From contig JANNEF010000313.1 of the NCBI GenBank assembly GCA_031378375.1, forward strand, positions 3,893 to 67,892: a stretch of DNA of 64,000 nt, written 5' to 3'. The notes under the pieces were generated by a model. It did no database searches, was not told where the DNA came from, and saw only the letters and a list, made by a program, of their open reading frames with translations. This DNA comes from Verrucomicrobiota bacterium (lineage in GTDB: Bacteria; Verrucomicrobiota; Verrucomicrobiia; Limisphaerales; JANNEF01). The position numbers and the translations under genes were made by a program. Below, in pieces: positions 29,690-39,109 of the stretch (position 1 is the first letter of the stretch; each line of letters starts with the position of its first letter).

Positions 29690-30109
29690 ATGAACGAGCG
29701 CATGAACCCACGTTTGAAAAGAGCTGGTTGGCTGGCTTTGATCGGGTGTGGGCTGCTGGTGGTGTGGAGCCTGACGACCAACGAACTGACTGTCTGCGTA
29801 AGGAACAACGCCGTTCCGAGGTTGAAGCAACTGGTCGTGTGGCGACCGTGGTTGATCAACCGGCGTGATCGGTGGGGCCGGACGCCTTTGTTTCACGCGG
29901 CGCACGTTGGCAATCTTGGAGCATTCAAAGTCTTGATGGAACACAACGCGCACTTTGACCGGAAGGACACCTTGGGCTACACCATCGAGCAACAGCTAAG
30001 TGCCGAAGCCTGGGGCCGACCCGAAGTAAAGCCGGGGATGCTGGAGTTGATCAAACAAGCGCGGGCCGAGGCGGAGGCAAAGAAACACGCGCTGAAGTGG
30101 TGGCAATGA
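29690..30109 (+). CDS. membrane-anchored ankyrin-repeat protein
   Basis: 139 aa. N-terminal TM (WLALIGCGLLVVWSL). Ankyrin consensus GRTPLFHAAHVGNLGAFKVLMEHNAHFDRKDTLGYT. Its stop overlaps the ATG of the next gene (ATGA). Confidence 0.7.
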   Translation: MNERMNPRLKRAGWLALIGCGLLVVWSLTTNELTVCVRNNAVPRLKQLVVWRPWLINRRDRWGRTPLFHAAHVGNLGAFKVLMEHNAHFDRKDTLGYTIEQQLSAEAWGRPEVKPGMLELIKQARAEAEAKKHALKWWQ

Positions 30110-31554
30110 GCATCCCCAATCACCTTGATTTCTCCCGCCGCGAATTTCTTTGGCGCTTTGGCGGCGGGCTGGGCGGCGTCGCGCTGGCGCATCTGCTGGG
30201 CGAGCACGACTTGCTGGCGGACAATGCGCCGCTCAAACCGCGCGCTGACTTGAACGGCGGTCTGCACCATCGCGCCAAGGTCCGCCGTATCGTGCAGCTT
30301 TTCATGAACGGCGGGGCCAGCCAGTGCGACACGTTTGATTACAAACCCGAACTCATCAAACGCAGCGGGCAGAAGTTCGACCCCGGCACGCGCGTCGAAG
30401 CGGCCACCAGTGATCCGGGCAACCTGATGAAGCCGCCGTTCGAGTGGCGGCAGCACGGGCAGTGCGGGCGCTGGGTGAGCAGCGTCTTCCCGCACATCGC
30501 CGGCTGCGTGGACGACCTCGCGTTCCTCATGGCGATGGCGTCCAAGACCAACGTCCACGGCCCCGGCAGCTACATGATGAACACCGGTTTCACGCTGCCC
30601 GGCTTCCCGTGCATGGGCGCGTGGATTTCCTACGCGCTCGGCAACCTGAGCGACAACCTGCCCACGTTCGTTGTGCTACCGGACCCGCGCGGCCTGCCTT
30701 ACAACCAGAAAGGAAACTTTTCGTCCGGCTTTCTGCCGGTGACTCATCAGGGCGTCATCATCAAAGCTAACGCCCCAACGCCCATCGAGGATTTGTTCGC
30801 GCCGCCGTCGGCGAAGTTCATCACCAAGTCGAGCGAGGCGGAAGGGTTGGCGCTCTTGAAGAAATTAAACAGCCAGCATCTCGCTCAAAACGCCGGCGAC
30901 TCGCGGCTCGATGCCCGCATCGCCTCCTACGAACTGGCGGCGAAGATGCAACTCAGCGCGCCCGACGCACTCGACCTCGCCGGTGAATCGGAGGCGACGC
31001 ACAAACTCTACGGCCTCGACGAGAAAGTGACGGCGGACTTCGGCAAGAGCTGTCTCACCGCGCGACGGTTGCTGGAGCGCGGCGTGCGTTTCGTGCAGGT
31101 GTGGAGCGGCGCGGGCGGGCCCAAGGACAATTGGGACAACCACGCCGACATCCCCAAGGAACTCCCCGCGATGGCCAACGCCACGGACAAGCCGGTGGCC
31201 GCGCTGGTGAAGGACTTGAAGGCGCGCGGCCTGTTTGAGGACACGCTCGTCGTGTGGAGCACCGAGTTCGGGCGGATGCCGTTCAGCCAGGGCAGCACCG
31301 GCCGCGACCACAACGGTGGCACGTCAGTAACATGGCTGGCAGGCGCGGGCATCAAGGGCGGCGTGGCGCACGGGGAAAGCGATGAGTGGTCCTGGAAAGC
31401 GGCGCGCGACAAAACTTATTGCTACGACCTCCACGCGACGATCCTGCACCTGCTGGGCATTGACCACGAGAAGCTCACGTTCCGTCATAACGGCGCGAAC
31501 CGCCGGCTGACGGACGTGCATGGGGATGTCGTCCGTGAAATTCTTCAAACGTAG
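30106..31554 (+). CDS. DUF1501 protein with Tat signal (PSCyt/PSD partner type)
   Basis: SRREFL twin-arginine motif. FMNGGASQCDTFDYKPE, WSTEFGRMP, GRDHNGG motifs. Confidence 0.9.
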   Translation: MSIPNHLDFSRREFLWRFGGGLGGVALAHLLGEHDLLADNAPLKPRADLNGGLHHRAKVRRIVQLFMNGGASQCDTFDYKPELIKRSGQKFDPGTRVEAATSDPGNLMKPPFEWRQHGQCGRWVSSVFPHIAGCVDDLAFLMAMASKTNVHGPGSYMMNTGFTLPGFPCMGAWISYALGNLSDNLPTFVVLPDPRGLPYNQKGNFSSGFLPVTHQGVIIKANAPTPIEDLFAPPSAKFITKSSEAEGLALLKKLNSQHLAQNAGDSRLDARIASYELAAKMQLSAPDALDLAGESEATHKLYGLDEKVTADFGKSCLTARRLLERGVRFVQVWSGAGGPKDNWDNHADIPKELPAMANATDKPVAALVKDLKARGLFEDTLVVWSTEFGRMPFSQGSTGRDHNGGTSVTWLAGAGIKGGVAHGESDEWSWKAARDKTYCYDLHATILHLLGIDHEKLTFRHNGANRRLTDVHGDVVREILQT

Positions 31555-31580
31555 CAGCCTCCTCCCGTCAGGAACGCTGG

Positions 31581-32699
31581 CTACGTGTAAAGCTCCACCG
31601 GCTCGATTTTGAATTTCGGAAAAATCTGGCCAAGGTCCGCACCCGCGCTGTGGCGCTGGAGAATCGGCGCGAGCACGTTGCGGTAGTTGTGCAGCACGGG
31701 CAGATCGCCGGGGCCTTCGAGCACGTCGCCTTTCAAGCCGGGCCAGCGGCCCAGCACGCGCCCGCCTTTGACGCCGCCGCCGATGACAAACATCGCGCCG
31801 CCGCGCCCGTGGTCGGTGCCGAAGGACGCGTTCTCGCGCACGCGCCGGCCAAACTCCGTCATCACGACGACGGTGGTGTGATCCATCGCCCGGCCCAGGT
31901 CGCGGTAAAACGCGGCGAGACCTTTGGACAGCTTCACCATCAGCGGATCCATCATCGTGCCTTGCGTGAAGTGCGAATCCCACCCGCCCAGGTCAATGGA
32001 AACGGCTTCGAGACCGACGCGGGCCTTGATGAGCCGCGCCACCTGCTTGAGGCCTTGCGCGAACCCGTCCTTCGCGTATTCCGCGCCGTGTTCGGGTTGG
32101 TAAGGCGTGTTGCGCAGTTTCTCGATGCGCCGCAACGCGTCGAGCGTGTCGCGGGCCGCGCCGCCCAGCGCGTCGCTTTCCAGCGCGTAAAGCCTCTCCA
32201 ACTCCCCGGCCAGCGTCCCGGAAGCGCCGAGTGAAAATTCGTCAATGGACTGCATCACTGTTGCCGAGGGCGCTCCGCGAAGACATTCGGGAAGCTCCCG
32301 GCCCACGGCGATGGCGGAAAGCGCGCCGCGTCCGGCCTGGGGACGAAAGCGCAGAAAACGTCCGAGCCAACCGCCGGCAACAAGGCCGCCGTGTTCCATC
32401 AAATCCTGCGCTTCGAAGTGCGAGCGCGTGTCGTCCTCTGAGCCGGTGCAGTGAAGGATGGCCATCGAACCGTCCTGGTAGATTGGCCCGATCTCCTTGA
32501 GCAGCGGATTCAAGCCGAAGAAGCCGTCGAGCCGCACTGCCTGCGCTTTGCTCACCGCGATGCGCGGACGCGCTTTGTGATATTCGTCGTCTTCGATCGG
32601 TGCGACGAGGCTGAGGCCATCCGCGCCGCCACGCAGGAACACAGCGACCAACGTCTGCTGGCGATCGCCGTTGCCGGAGAGGAAAGTTTCTGTGGCCAT
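31581..32699 (-). CDS. DUF1501 protein, apparently without its own signal peptide
   Basis: LVAVFLRGGADGLSLVAPIED, GGWDSHF, MTEFGRR, FGTDHGRGG. ATG at 32699 lies 2 nt after the DUF1800 stop. The only longer alternative (ATG at 32795) would overlap the DUF1800 gene by 94 nt. Confidence 0.85.
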   Translation of the reverse strand: MATETFLSGNGDRQQTLVAVFLRGGADGLSLVAPIEDDEYHKARPRIAVSKAQAVRLDGFFGLNPLLKEIGPIYQDGSMAILHCTGSEDDTRSHFEAQDLMEHGGLVAGGWLGRFLRFRPQAGRGALSAIAVGRELPECLRGAPSATVMQSIDEFSLGASGTLAGELERLYALESDALGGAARDTLDALRRIEKLRNTPYQPEHGAEYAKDGFAQGLKQVARLIKARVGLEAVSIDLGGWDSHFTQGTMMDPLMVKLSKGLAAFYRDLGRAMDHTTVVVMTEFGRRVRENASFGTDHGRGGAMFVIGGGVKGGRVLGRWPGLKGDVLEGPGDLPVLHNYRNVLAPILQRHSAGADLGQIFPKFKIEPVELYT

Positions 32700-32701
32700 G
32701 G

Positions 32702-34180
32702 TCAACACCTTTGAAATCCCGGCGACGCCAGCAGTAAGGCCAGCCCCGCGCCGGAGCCGTGGTAGCCTTGCTTTTCCGCGGCGGTCGCGCGGCATCCGAG
32801 GAAATGCGCCATCAGGCCGTCGTCGCCACCGAGAGTTTGTTTGAGCGACTTCAGGTTGACGCGCGCGCCTTTGATTTTGTTGTCGTTCAGCGCGACGGCG
32901 AAATTCCAGCGCCAGAGCAGCGTGCCCATCCACGGCGAGGCTTCCTCGGGATAACCATCCGGCGTCGGGTAGCCGAAGGGCGCGTGGCCCATGCGCAGCA
33001 GGTAGTCAATGACCTTGGGGTCCGCGTCGGTTTCAGCATCAGCGCCGCGAAGCGCGGAGACGATGAAGTGGAAGGGGCGTTTGAATTTCGCGCCTCGCGC
33101 AACCTGAAACTCCGGCGTGCCGAACAACGCGCGAAGTGTGGCGCGGAGGTCGCCCTGACTATTTGAAAATGCTTCCGCCACCACCGTCACCGCACTGGCC
33201 GGCGGTTCGTCCGCGATGAAACGTCGGCACAGTTTTGTGGCCAGGTAACGCGCGGTGGACGGATGCAGCGCAACGATGTCCAGCACGCGGTCGAGGTCTT
33301 TCTCGCCCAAGCCGGCGGGAATGCGCTGGCCGAGGACTTCCTTGGTGCCGTTGTCGTGGAGATGTTTCTTGAACTCCACTTTGCCTTTGTAGAACGGCTC
33401 CTTGGAGCGGACGTGCCAGCCGGTCAGGCAGCGGGCGACTTCCATCACGTCGCGCTGCGTGTAGCCGCCGTGAACGCCGAGCGTGTGCAGTTCCATCAAC
33501 TCGCGCGCGTAGTTTTCGTTCGGTTTGTCGTCGGGCTGCTGCTTGCGATTTGCGCGCCCGTCGAGATACCAGAGCATCGCCGGACTGAGGGCGGAGGCGC
33601 GGAGCAATGCCGGGAATTTACCCAGCGCGTGCGCGCGAATCACCGTGCGGTCATCGGCGGCCTTGAGCCACTTACAATCGCCCTTGGACGGATCAATGTT
33701 GAAGTGGTCGGTCCAGAACTGGACCATTACCTCGTGAAGCTGGCGCTCAGTGAGCACGGCGCGCAACACGGACTCGCGCATCATCTCGTTGAGCAGGAAT
33801 TTTTCCTGATACTCGAACAGATCGCCGGCGGGCTGGTTAAGCGTTTCCGTGAAGCGACGCAATGAGTAATCGCACCAGGAGTCGTCAATCTTCGCCGGAG
33901 ACAGTTGCTCTTCGACGTAGGCGCGGAACGCCTCCTCGCTGGTCGGCGCCAGGCGGTTGATGCGCGCGTAGTCGCCGGGCCGCGCGCCAAAGGAGAGACG
34001 GTTAAGCGCGTGCGCAATGAGGTCAATGGATTCGGCGACGGGTGGATGGAACGGGCCGCGGCGGACGGGTCTGGATTGGAAGCCGAATAGAAGATTGCGG
34101 GGAACTTGCTCGCAGCCCGTTGCGGCGAGGAGCGCGGCGCTACCGCCGGCTTGCAGGAAAATGCGCCGCGAGATGTTCAT
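32702..34180 (-). CDS. DUF1800 protein with Tat-type lipoprotein-like signal
   Basis: MNISRRIFLQAGGSAALLAATGC (RR motif plus a lipobox-like LAATGC). Core motifs WTDHFNI and NENYARELMELHTLGVHGGYTQRDV. Trimmed from the 34369 ORF start. Confidence 0.88.
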   Translation of the reverse strand: MNISRRIFLQAGGSAALLAATGCEQVPRNLLFGFQSRPVRRGPFHPPVAESIDLIAHALNRLSFGARPGDYARINRLAPTSEEAFRAYVEEQLSPAKIDDSWCDYSLRRFTETLNQPAGDLFEYQEKFLLNEMMRESVLRAVLTERQLHEVMVQFWTDHFNIDPSKGDCKWLKAADDRTVIRAHALGKFPALLRASALSPAMLWYLDGRANRKQQPDDKPNENYARELMELHTLGVHGGYTQRDVMEVARCLTGWHVRSKEPFYKGKVEFKKHLHDNGTKEVLGQRIPAGLGEKDLDRVLDIVALHPSTARYLATKLCRRFIADEPPASAVTVVAEAFSNSQGDLRATLRALFGTPEFQVARGAKFKRPFHFIVSALRGADAETDADPKVIDYLLRMGHAPFGYPTPDGYPEEASPWMGTLLWRWNFAVALNDNKIKGARVNLKSLKQTLGGDDGLMAHFLGCRATAAEKQGYHGSGAGLALLLASPGFQRC

Positions 34181-34710
34181 CAAGCCGGTTCCTTCGCCGT
34201 GTCCAGCGCAGGGATGGACTCGGTTTGCGATTGCTTCTTCATCCTGATGGCAACGACTACGGCACCCAGGCCGCTGACAATTGCCCAAGGCATCACGACG
34301 AACCAACCGATGAACGGCAGCAGAAACGTCAGCGACAGCACGACGCCGCCGCGCAATCCCCGCCGCCATGGATGCAGTTCGTCAATCGCCGACGGCAAAC
34401 CGGCGCCGATACGCTGGCTCAAGCCGGCCGAGCCGAGCAACCCCAACAAGGCAGGCACGCCGTACAAGACCACACTCAGGGCTTTCGCCGCCGGATGCGC
34501 GGCCTGGCCGATCAACGCGCCCAAGCCGGCCAACGGCAACAGCACGAGCAGGCCCATGAGGGTGATTTTGACCGGGTGCGCCTGGTATTGCTGGCTGGCG
34601 CGCTCCACCAGCGCCGGAAAGAGTGCCGTCGCGGCCAGCCAGTAACTGATGTACACGAGCACCACGCCCAGGATGAGGAACACGAACTTCAACACATCAG
34701 CCATGATCAT
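34180..34710 (-). CDS. hypothetical polytopic membrane protein
   Basis: 176 aa with 4-5 hydrophobic helices. Its stop overlaps the start of the DUF1800 gene, which suggests co-translation. Confidence 0.6.
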   Translation of the reverse strand: MIMADVLKFVFLILGVVLVYISYWLAATALFPALVERASQQYQAHPVKITLMGLLVLLPLAGLGALIGQAAHPAAKALSVVLYGVPALLGLLGSAGLSQRIGAGLPSAIDELHPWRRGLRGGVVLSLTFLLPFIGWFVVMPWAIVSGLGAVVVAIRMKKQSQTESIPALDTAKEPA

Positions 34711-34860
34711 AGAAATGTCTTTCTCAATCTGCCGCCTCGCGACTTCAATTTGAAGAGCCTGTGTGACGGCGTTTGCATCTGCTCGAAGGACACGCGGAGA
34801 ACATCCCCGGTTGCAAAAATATTTTCTCTGGCCGCGACTTGCCGACCAAGAAAGCGCACT

Positions 34861-35886
34861 TCACTCGCGTGGGCGAAACGGAGACTCGCGCGCAAGTTGA
34901 TCCCACAATTTGCGTTCGGAGTCGGTGATGTTTTCCGGCAGCCGAATGCGCGCCACGACGAGCAGGTCACCGCGCGCCCCGCCCTTGCCCAGACCGCGTC
35001 CACGCACGCGCAGGCGCGCGTTGTTTTGAGTTCCCGGCGGGATCTTGATGTTTACCCGCCCTTCCAGAGTCGGCACCGAGACGCTTGCACCCAACACTGC
35101 TTCCCAAGGTGCCAGATCGATGTCCAAGTAAAGGCAGCCGTCTTCCACCCGGAAGTCAGGGTGCCTGGCCAAACGCACACGCAGCAACAAATCGCCGGCT
35201 TGGCCTCCGCTGGCGCCCGCTTCGCCCTTGCCGCCCACGCGCAAACGCTGGCCTTCGCTTACCCCAGCGGGGATTTTGACTTTGTAGGACTCGGTGTGGG
35301 TGGATTGCCCGGTACCGCCGCACGCCGGACAGACACGGTTGCGCACCGCGCCGGTGCCGCGACACTCTTTGCACACAACCGACCGGCGCAGGGAGATGGC
35401 GCGAACGGAGCCCTGCAACGCTTCTTCCAGCGTGACCAGCAGGTCGGCTTCCACGTCATCGCCACGCTCGGTGGTTTCTTCGGTCGTGAATCCGGTGGCT
35501 CCGGCAAAACCGTGTCCACGTCCCCGAGTTCCAAACAGTTGCTCAAAAAAATCACTGAACCCGGTTCCGCCAAAATGAAATTCAGAACGCTCTTCGCGCC
35601 CCGCAGTTGATCTACCCGTTGATTCCCACCCCGAGGGCGGGCGAAAGTCAGCGCCCTGTTTCCAATGCGCGCCCAAGGCGTCGTATTTCTTGCGCTTCTC
35701 CGCATCGCTCAGGACTTCGTAAGCTTCGTTGATCTCCTTGAACTTCTCCTCGGCCTGGGCCTTGTTTTTGGCCACATCGGGGTGGTATTCGCGCGCCAGT
35801 TTTCGGAACGCTTTGCGAATCTCGTCGGCGCTCGCAGAACGAGGTGCGCCGATTACTTCGTAATAATCTTTGAACCGGACGGCCAT
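34861..35886 (-). CDS. DnaJ-class co-chaperone (J domain, Gly/Phe region, reduced zinc finger, CTD)
   Basis: DYYEVIG...YHPDVAK...EAYEVLSD J domain. Only two CxxCxGxG units ([16 protein letters not shown]). DnaJ/CbpA-like C-terminal domains. Confidence 0.85.
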   Translation of the reverse strand: MAVRFKDYYEVIGAPRSASADEIRKAFRKLAREYHPDVAKNKAQAEEKFKEINEAYEVLSDAEKRKKYDALGAHWKQGADFRPPSGWESTGRSTAGREERSEFHFGGTGFSDFFEQLFGTRGRGHGFAGATGFTTEETTERGDDVEADLLVTLEEALQGSVRAISLRRSVVCKECRGTGAVRNRVCPACGGTGQSTHTESYKVKIPAGVSEGQRLRVGGKGEAGASGGQAGDLLLRVRLARHPDFRVEDGCLYLDIDLAPWEAVLGASVSVPTLEGRVNIKIPPGTQNNARLRVRGRGLGKGGARGDLLVVARIRLPENITDSERKLWDQLARESPFRPRE

Positions 35887-35991
35887 AGGATTCTGAATTG
35901 GAAATGCAGGCGGTTATGCCTTGCCTGTCAAAAACTTTGAGCCTGACTGAAGACGGGGTCAAGCGTGGTGGCGAAATTGGCCGGACAAGTG

Positions 35992-36066
35992 TGGAGCCAG
36001 TTGTCGGGATTGAACCGACGACCGACGGTTTACAAAACCGTTGCTCTACCACTGAGCTAAACTGGC
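35992..36066 (-). tRNA. tRNA-Thr (anticodon TGT), CCA encoded
   Basis: Manual fold. GCCAGTT/AACTGGC acceptor, GCTC..GAGC D-arm, ACGGT-TTTGTAA-ACCGT anticodon arm, GTCGG-TTCAATC-CCGAC T-arm. 75 nt. Confidence 0.9.
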
Positions 36067-36306
36067 TGTCGGCGTTTGAACGTGGCTGCTAAATTCAAAC
36101 CTGACGCAGATATTTTGGCGGCTGAATTCACGATTTACAATCCTGATTTCACGCTGGCCGCCCTTCCGAAACGGATACTCGGGCCGAAAAGATTCTGGCG
36201 CAGACGCCAAGGAGGTGGGGGTAGGGAACCCCGCAGAGGAAACGATCTGTCAACCGAATCAAAGCCTCCGGCGTGTTTCCAACCGACGGACAACGACAAA
36301 GGGCAG

Positions 36307-36786
36307 TCAGTTGCCTCCGACTCCAATCGTGAATCCAGCTTTTTGCGCGTGCATGTTGAACTGGTTGAATGGCGATGATGTGGTCATAACCGGAGTTGTG
36401 CTGCCGGGGATTTCCTCCGGTCGCAAGATCGACCTCGAAGTGGTGCCGGCGGTCATCGCTGTTGTGCTTGGGTATGCCGACACATTCCCATCGCGGCCAG
36501 ATTTACCCGACGCCAATGCCGACGGACTTAACTGCGTAGCGGCGATTATACCCGTCAGCAACAAACCGCAGACGATTACTCCCAACGCGCAGACCATGGC
36601 CGGCTTGGGGTCGTAACCGAAGCCCAGACGCTGAAACCAAGCGGCCCATCCCTGTTGGTGGTCGGCGCGGAGCCGGGCGATGACCTTCTCTGAGAAGTCA
36701 TTAAAATACCGGGGCGGTGGCTGTTCATGTCGTTTCAAGGTCAGCAACTTTTGCAATGAGTTAAAATTTTCCGGTTCGGTATTCAT
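36307..36786 (-). CDS. putative anti-sigma factor (single-pass membrane protein)
   Basis: 159 aa, 4 nt downstream of the ECF sigma gene. One TM (MVCALGVIVCGLLLTGIIAA) and a Ser/Thr-rich periplasmic tail. Assignment is by context only. Confidence 0.5.
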   Translation of the reverse strand: MNTEPENFNSLQKLLTLKRHEQPPPRYFNDFSEKVIARLRADHQQGWAAWFQRLGFGYDPKPAMVCALGVIVCGLLLTGIIAATQLSPSALASGKSGRDGNVSAYPSTTAMTAGTTSRSILRPEEIPGSTTPVMTTSSPFNQFNMHAQKAGFTIGVGGN

Positions 36787-36790
36787 ACGT

Positions 36791-37444
36791 TTACTTCAAA
36801 TAGTCTGAGAGATGCCCTTGCAACTGCTGCCGGGCGTAAAAAAGGCGCGACCGGACAGTGCCCACATTGGAATCCATGACTTTTCCTATTTCTTCATGCG
36901 ACAGTCCCTGCACATCATGCAGAGTGACGACTAATCTGTGAACTTCTGACAGTTTCATCATCGCTGCGTTCAATTTCTCCTGCAGTTCCGCCAGGGCTGC
37001 GTCCCGGCGGGGTGTCTTGTCCGAGATCAGCGACACCAAGTCCGGGTCGTTTTCCGCATGAACGTCCAAATCGTTGAGGCTCATGTGCGTGCGATTCTTC
37101 CGTTGTTTGAGGAAGTTGATCGTCTTGTTCACGGCGATCCGGTAAACCCAGGTGTAAAAACTCGAATCACCTTTGAACGACTGTAACGCCTGGTAACCCT
37201 TGATGAACGTCTCCTGGGCCAGATCATTGGCATCTTCGTGGTTGGAGGTCATGTGGTATACCGTGGCATACACCCGCTCCTGATAGCGTCGGATCAGGTC
37301 ATCGTACGCCGCCATGTCACCTCGCTGGGCGCGTTGCACGAGAACCAAATCGTTTTCTTCCACGACGACGGGCGTGACCTCCGGCGGATCCATCGCCAGC
37401 GAGGCTATCGTCGCTTTGTGGGAGACTGGTTTGTTCATCGTCAA
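36791..37444 (-). CDS. ECF (sigma-70 group 4) RNA polymerase sigma factor
   Basis: Region 2 (DLAQETFIKGYQALQSFKGDSSFYTWVYRIAVN) and region 4 (HRLVVTLHDVQGLSHEEIGKVMDSNVGTVRSRLFYARQQL). Confidence 0.88.
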   Translation of the reverse strand: MTMNKPVSHKATIASLAMDPPEVTPVVVEENDLVLVQRAQRGDMAAYDDLIRRYQERVYATVYHMTSNHEDANDLAQETFIKGYQALQSFKGDSSFYTWVYRIAVNKTINFLKQRKNRTHMSLNDLDVHAENDPDLVSLISDKTPRRDAALAELQEKLNAAMMKLSEVHRLVVTLHDVQGLSHEEIGKVMDSNVGTVRSRLFYARQQLQGHLSDYLK

Positions 37445-37449
37445 AGTTT

Positions 37450-38502
37450 TCAGTTGGTTTGGCCCAACACCTCGGTTTGCTGCTCCAAATACTCAGCCAA
37501 ACCCAACAAACCATTTCGGCTTTCTGATTCTGGTAAGTTACCCAACCTGTCCCGGGCCGAACGCAGGTATTCCCGAACTACCTGCCGCGACTGTTCGAGG
37601 GTGCGGTAATGACACAACAATTCCAGCAGTTGCGGAAAGCTACCTGGTTCCCACTCCCGTAACAGGGCTTGAATCCGGGATCGTTCACTCGTTCCTGCTT
37701 GCTCCAAGAGCAACAGTATTGGCAGCGTCAATTTCCCCTTTGCCAAGTCCGTGCCCAGTGACTTGCCGGCGGCGGTTTCAGAGCCGAACAGGTCCAGGCA
37801 GTCGTCATAAACTTGATAGGCCGTGCCGACGGCCAGGCCGAATTGGCGCAAGGCTGTGCGCCGGATCGCGTCCGCCCCACTCAGGTATGCGCCCAGATCG
37901 CAGGACAGAGCGAACAGTTCACCGGTTTTCATCTGTAACACTTTGAAATAATCCGAGCGGGAAAGTTCAAAAGTTTTCCGGCGCTGGGTCTGTAAAATTT
38001 CCCCCGAACAGACCGTGTTGGTGGCCGCCGCCACTGCCCGGCAGATTTCCGTGGTTGGGAAACTGGCTGCCAGTCTCAAAGCGTGGGCGAAGAGGCAGTC
38101 ACCCAGCAGCACGGAAAGCTCATTCCCCCAATTGGCCGCGAGCGTCGGCCGGCCTCGACGAATTTGCGCCTCATCCATCACGTCGTCATGCACCAGCGTG
38201 GCCAGATGCACCATTTCAATGATGACGGCGACGAGCACATGCGAATCATTCAGCCTGCCGGTGGCTCCCGCGCTCAACGCGACGAGCGTCGGGCGCAACT
38301 GCTTCCCTTGCCCCGTCAGCGCATACTCTGCGTACGCGGCGATGTCCGGGTCAAAAGTGTCAACCTGTTCGGCTAAACGGCGGCTGACGGCCAAGAGGAA
38401 CGGATCCGCCGAGCCTACGATCCGCTTCCACGCCAACAGGTTTTTCGGAGACAGCGCAATTGATTCAGGAGCAGCGACCGCACTGGTTTCGGTTGCCAAC
38501 AT
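37450..38502 (-). CDS. trans-polyprenyl diphosphate synthase (IspB/HepT-like)
   Basis: First DDxxxxD motif LVHDDVMDEAQIRRGRPT and second DDxxD motif YQVYDDCLD. ATG at 38502; TTG at 38538 is the alternative. Confidence 0.88.
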   Translation of the reverse strand: MLATETSAVAAPESIALSPKNLLAWKRIVGSADPFLLAVSRRLAEQVDTFDPDIAAYAEYALTGQGKQLRPTLVALSAGATGRLNDSHVLVAVIIEMVHLATLVHDDVMDEAQIRRGRPTLAANWGNELSVLLGDCLFAHALRLAASFPTTEICRAVAAATNTVCSGEILQTQRRKTFELSRSDYFKVLQMKTGELFALSCDLGAYLSGADAIRRTALRQFGLAVGTAYQVYDDCLDLFGSETAAGKSLGTDLAKGKLTLPILLLLEQAGTSERSRIQALLREWEPGSFPQLLELLCHYRTLEQSRQVVREYLRSARDRLGNLPESESRNGLLGLAEYLEQQTEVLGQTN

Positions 38503-38699
38503 GCCGGCAAAGCTACGGTCCGCGCCAAACCAAGTCAAACCGTTATCATATTATCAAGTGCCTGCGAGTTGACTCTGGGACACCGTGGATAGGGTTGGGG
38601 AGGGGAAGCGGCTCGTCTTCAGGAAGCCAGGCACAACGGCCACTGGGAAGATCTCTGGAACCCCCCGATCCCAACCAAGATGAAAAGTTGCGCCCAGAC

Positions 38700-38775
38700 T
38701 GGTGGAGCCTAAGGGATTCGAACCCTTGACCCCCACAATGCCATTGTGGTGCTCTACCAACTGAGCTAAGACCCC
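38700..38775 (-). tRNA. tRNA-Ala (anticodon GGC), CCA encoded
   Basis: Manual fold. Acceptor GGGGTCT/AGGCTCC with the G3:U70 alanine identity pair. Anticodon loop ATGGCAT. T-loop TTCGAAT. 76 nt. Confidence 0.9.
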
Positions 38776-39109
38776 AGCCAACTTGCGCCTGACGGTAGAA
38801 AGTCGCCGATAATTTGTCAAAAACTTTCTCGGAGCTTTCACGACTCAGTGTATATCCTGCGACTTGCCCCGGCGCGCGCCTGCAAGCCGCTGCAGCAACC
38901 GAACTGGCTCGGATAAAACGCTGGCCGGTACGGTTGCGACGGTGAAGCGTCGCAAACGCCATGCGCCGCCGTGTTTTGCATTTGGGGACAAACTTTCCGG
39001 GTGAAAAGTCTTGAAATATATCGGGGAAAGTGGATTCTTTCAAGGTTCATGCCCTCACACGACTTAACTGATTTGGCTTTGCCTGTCTAAACATCCGAGA
39101 CCTACCCTC

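Noticed and set aside
34042-35610. 522-aa plus-strand ORF spanning the membrane-protein gene, the intergenic region and dnaJ; also 6912..8114, 5890..6846, 47896..48870, 49004..50020 and 42845..43924
   Set aside because: They are antisense to genes with strong family motifs, have low-complexity Arg/Gln/His-rich translations and cross intergenic regions.
38546-39043. 165-aa and 95-aa minus-strand ORFs over the tRNA-Ala region; likewise 35648..36052 over tRNA-Thr and 26261..26665 over tRNA-Pro/rpsT
   Set aside because: They overlap well-folded tRNA genes or are antisense to rpsT, and their composition is not coding-like.
38776-39109. tRNA-Ala followed by a lower-GC spacer and the giant adhesin, as a possible integration hotspot or genomic island boundary
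   Set aside because: No integrase, no direct repeat of the tRNA 3' end and no mobility genes are visible. It remains only a weak possibility.
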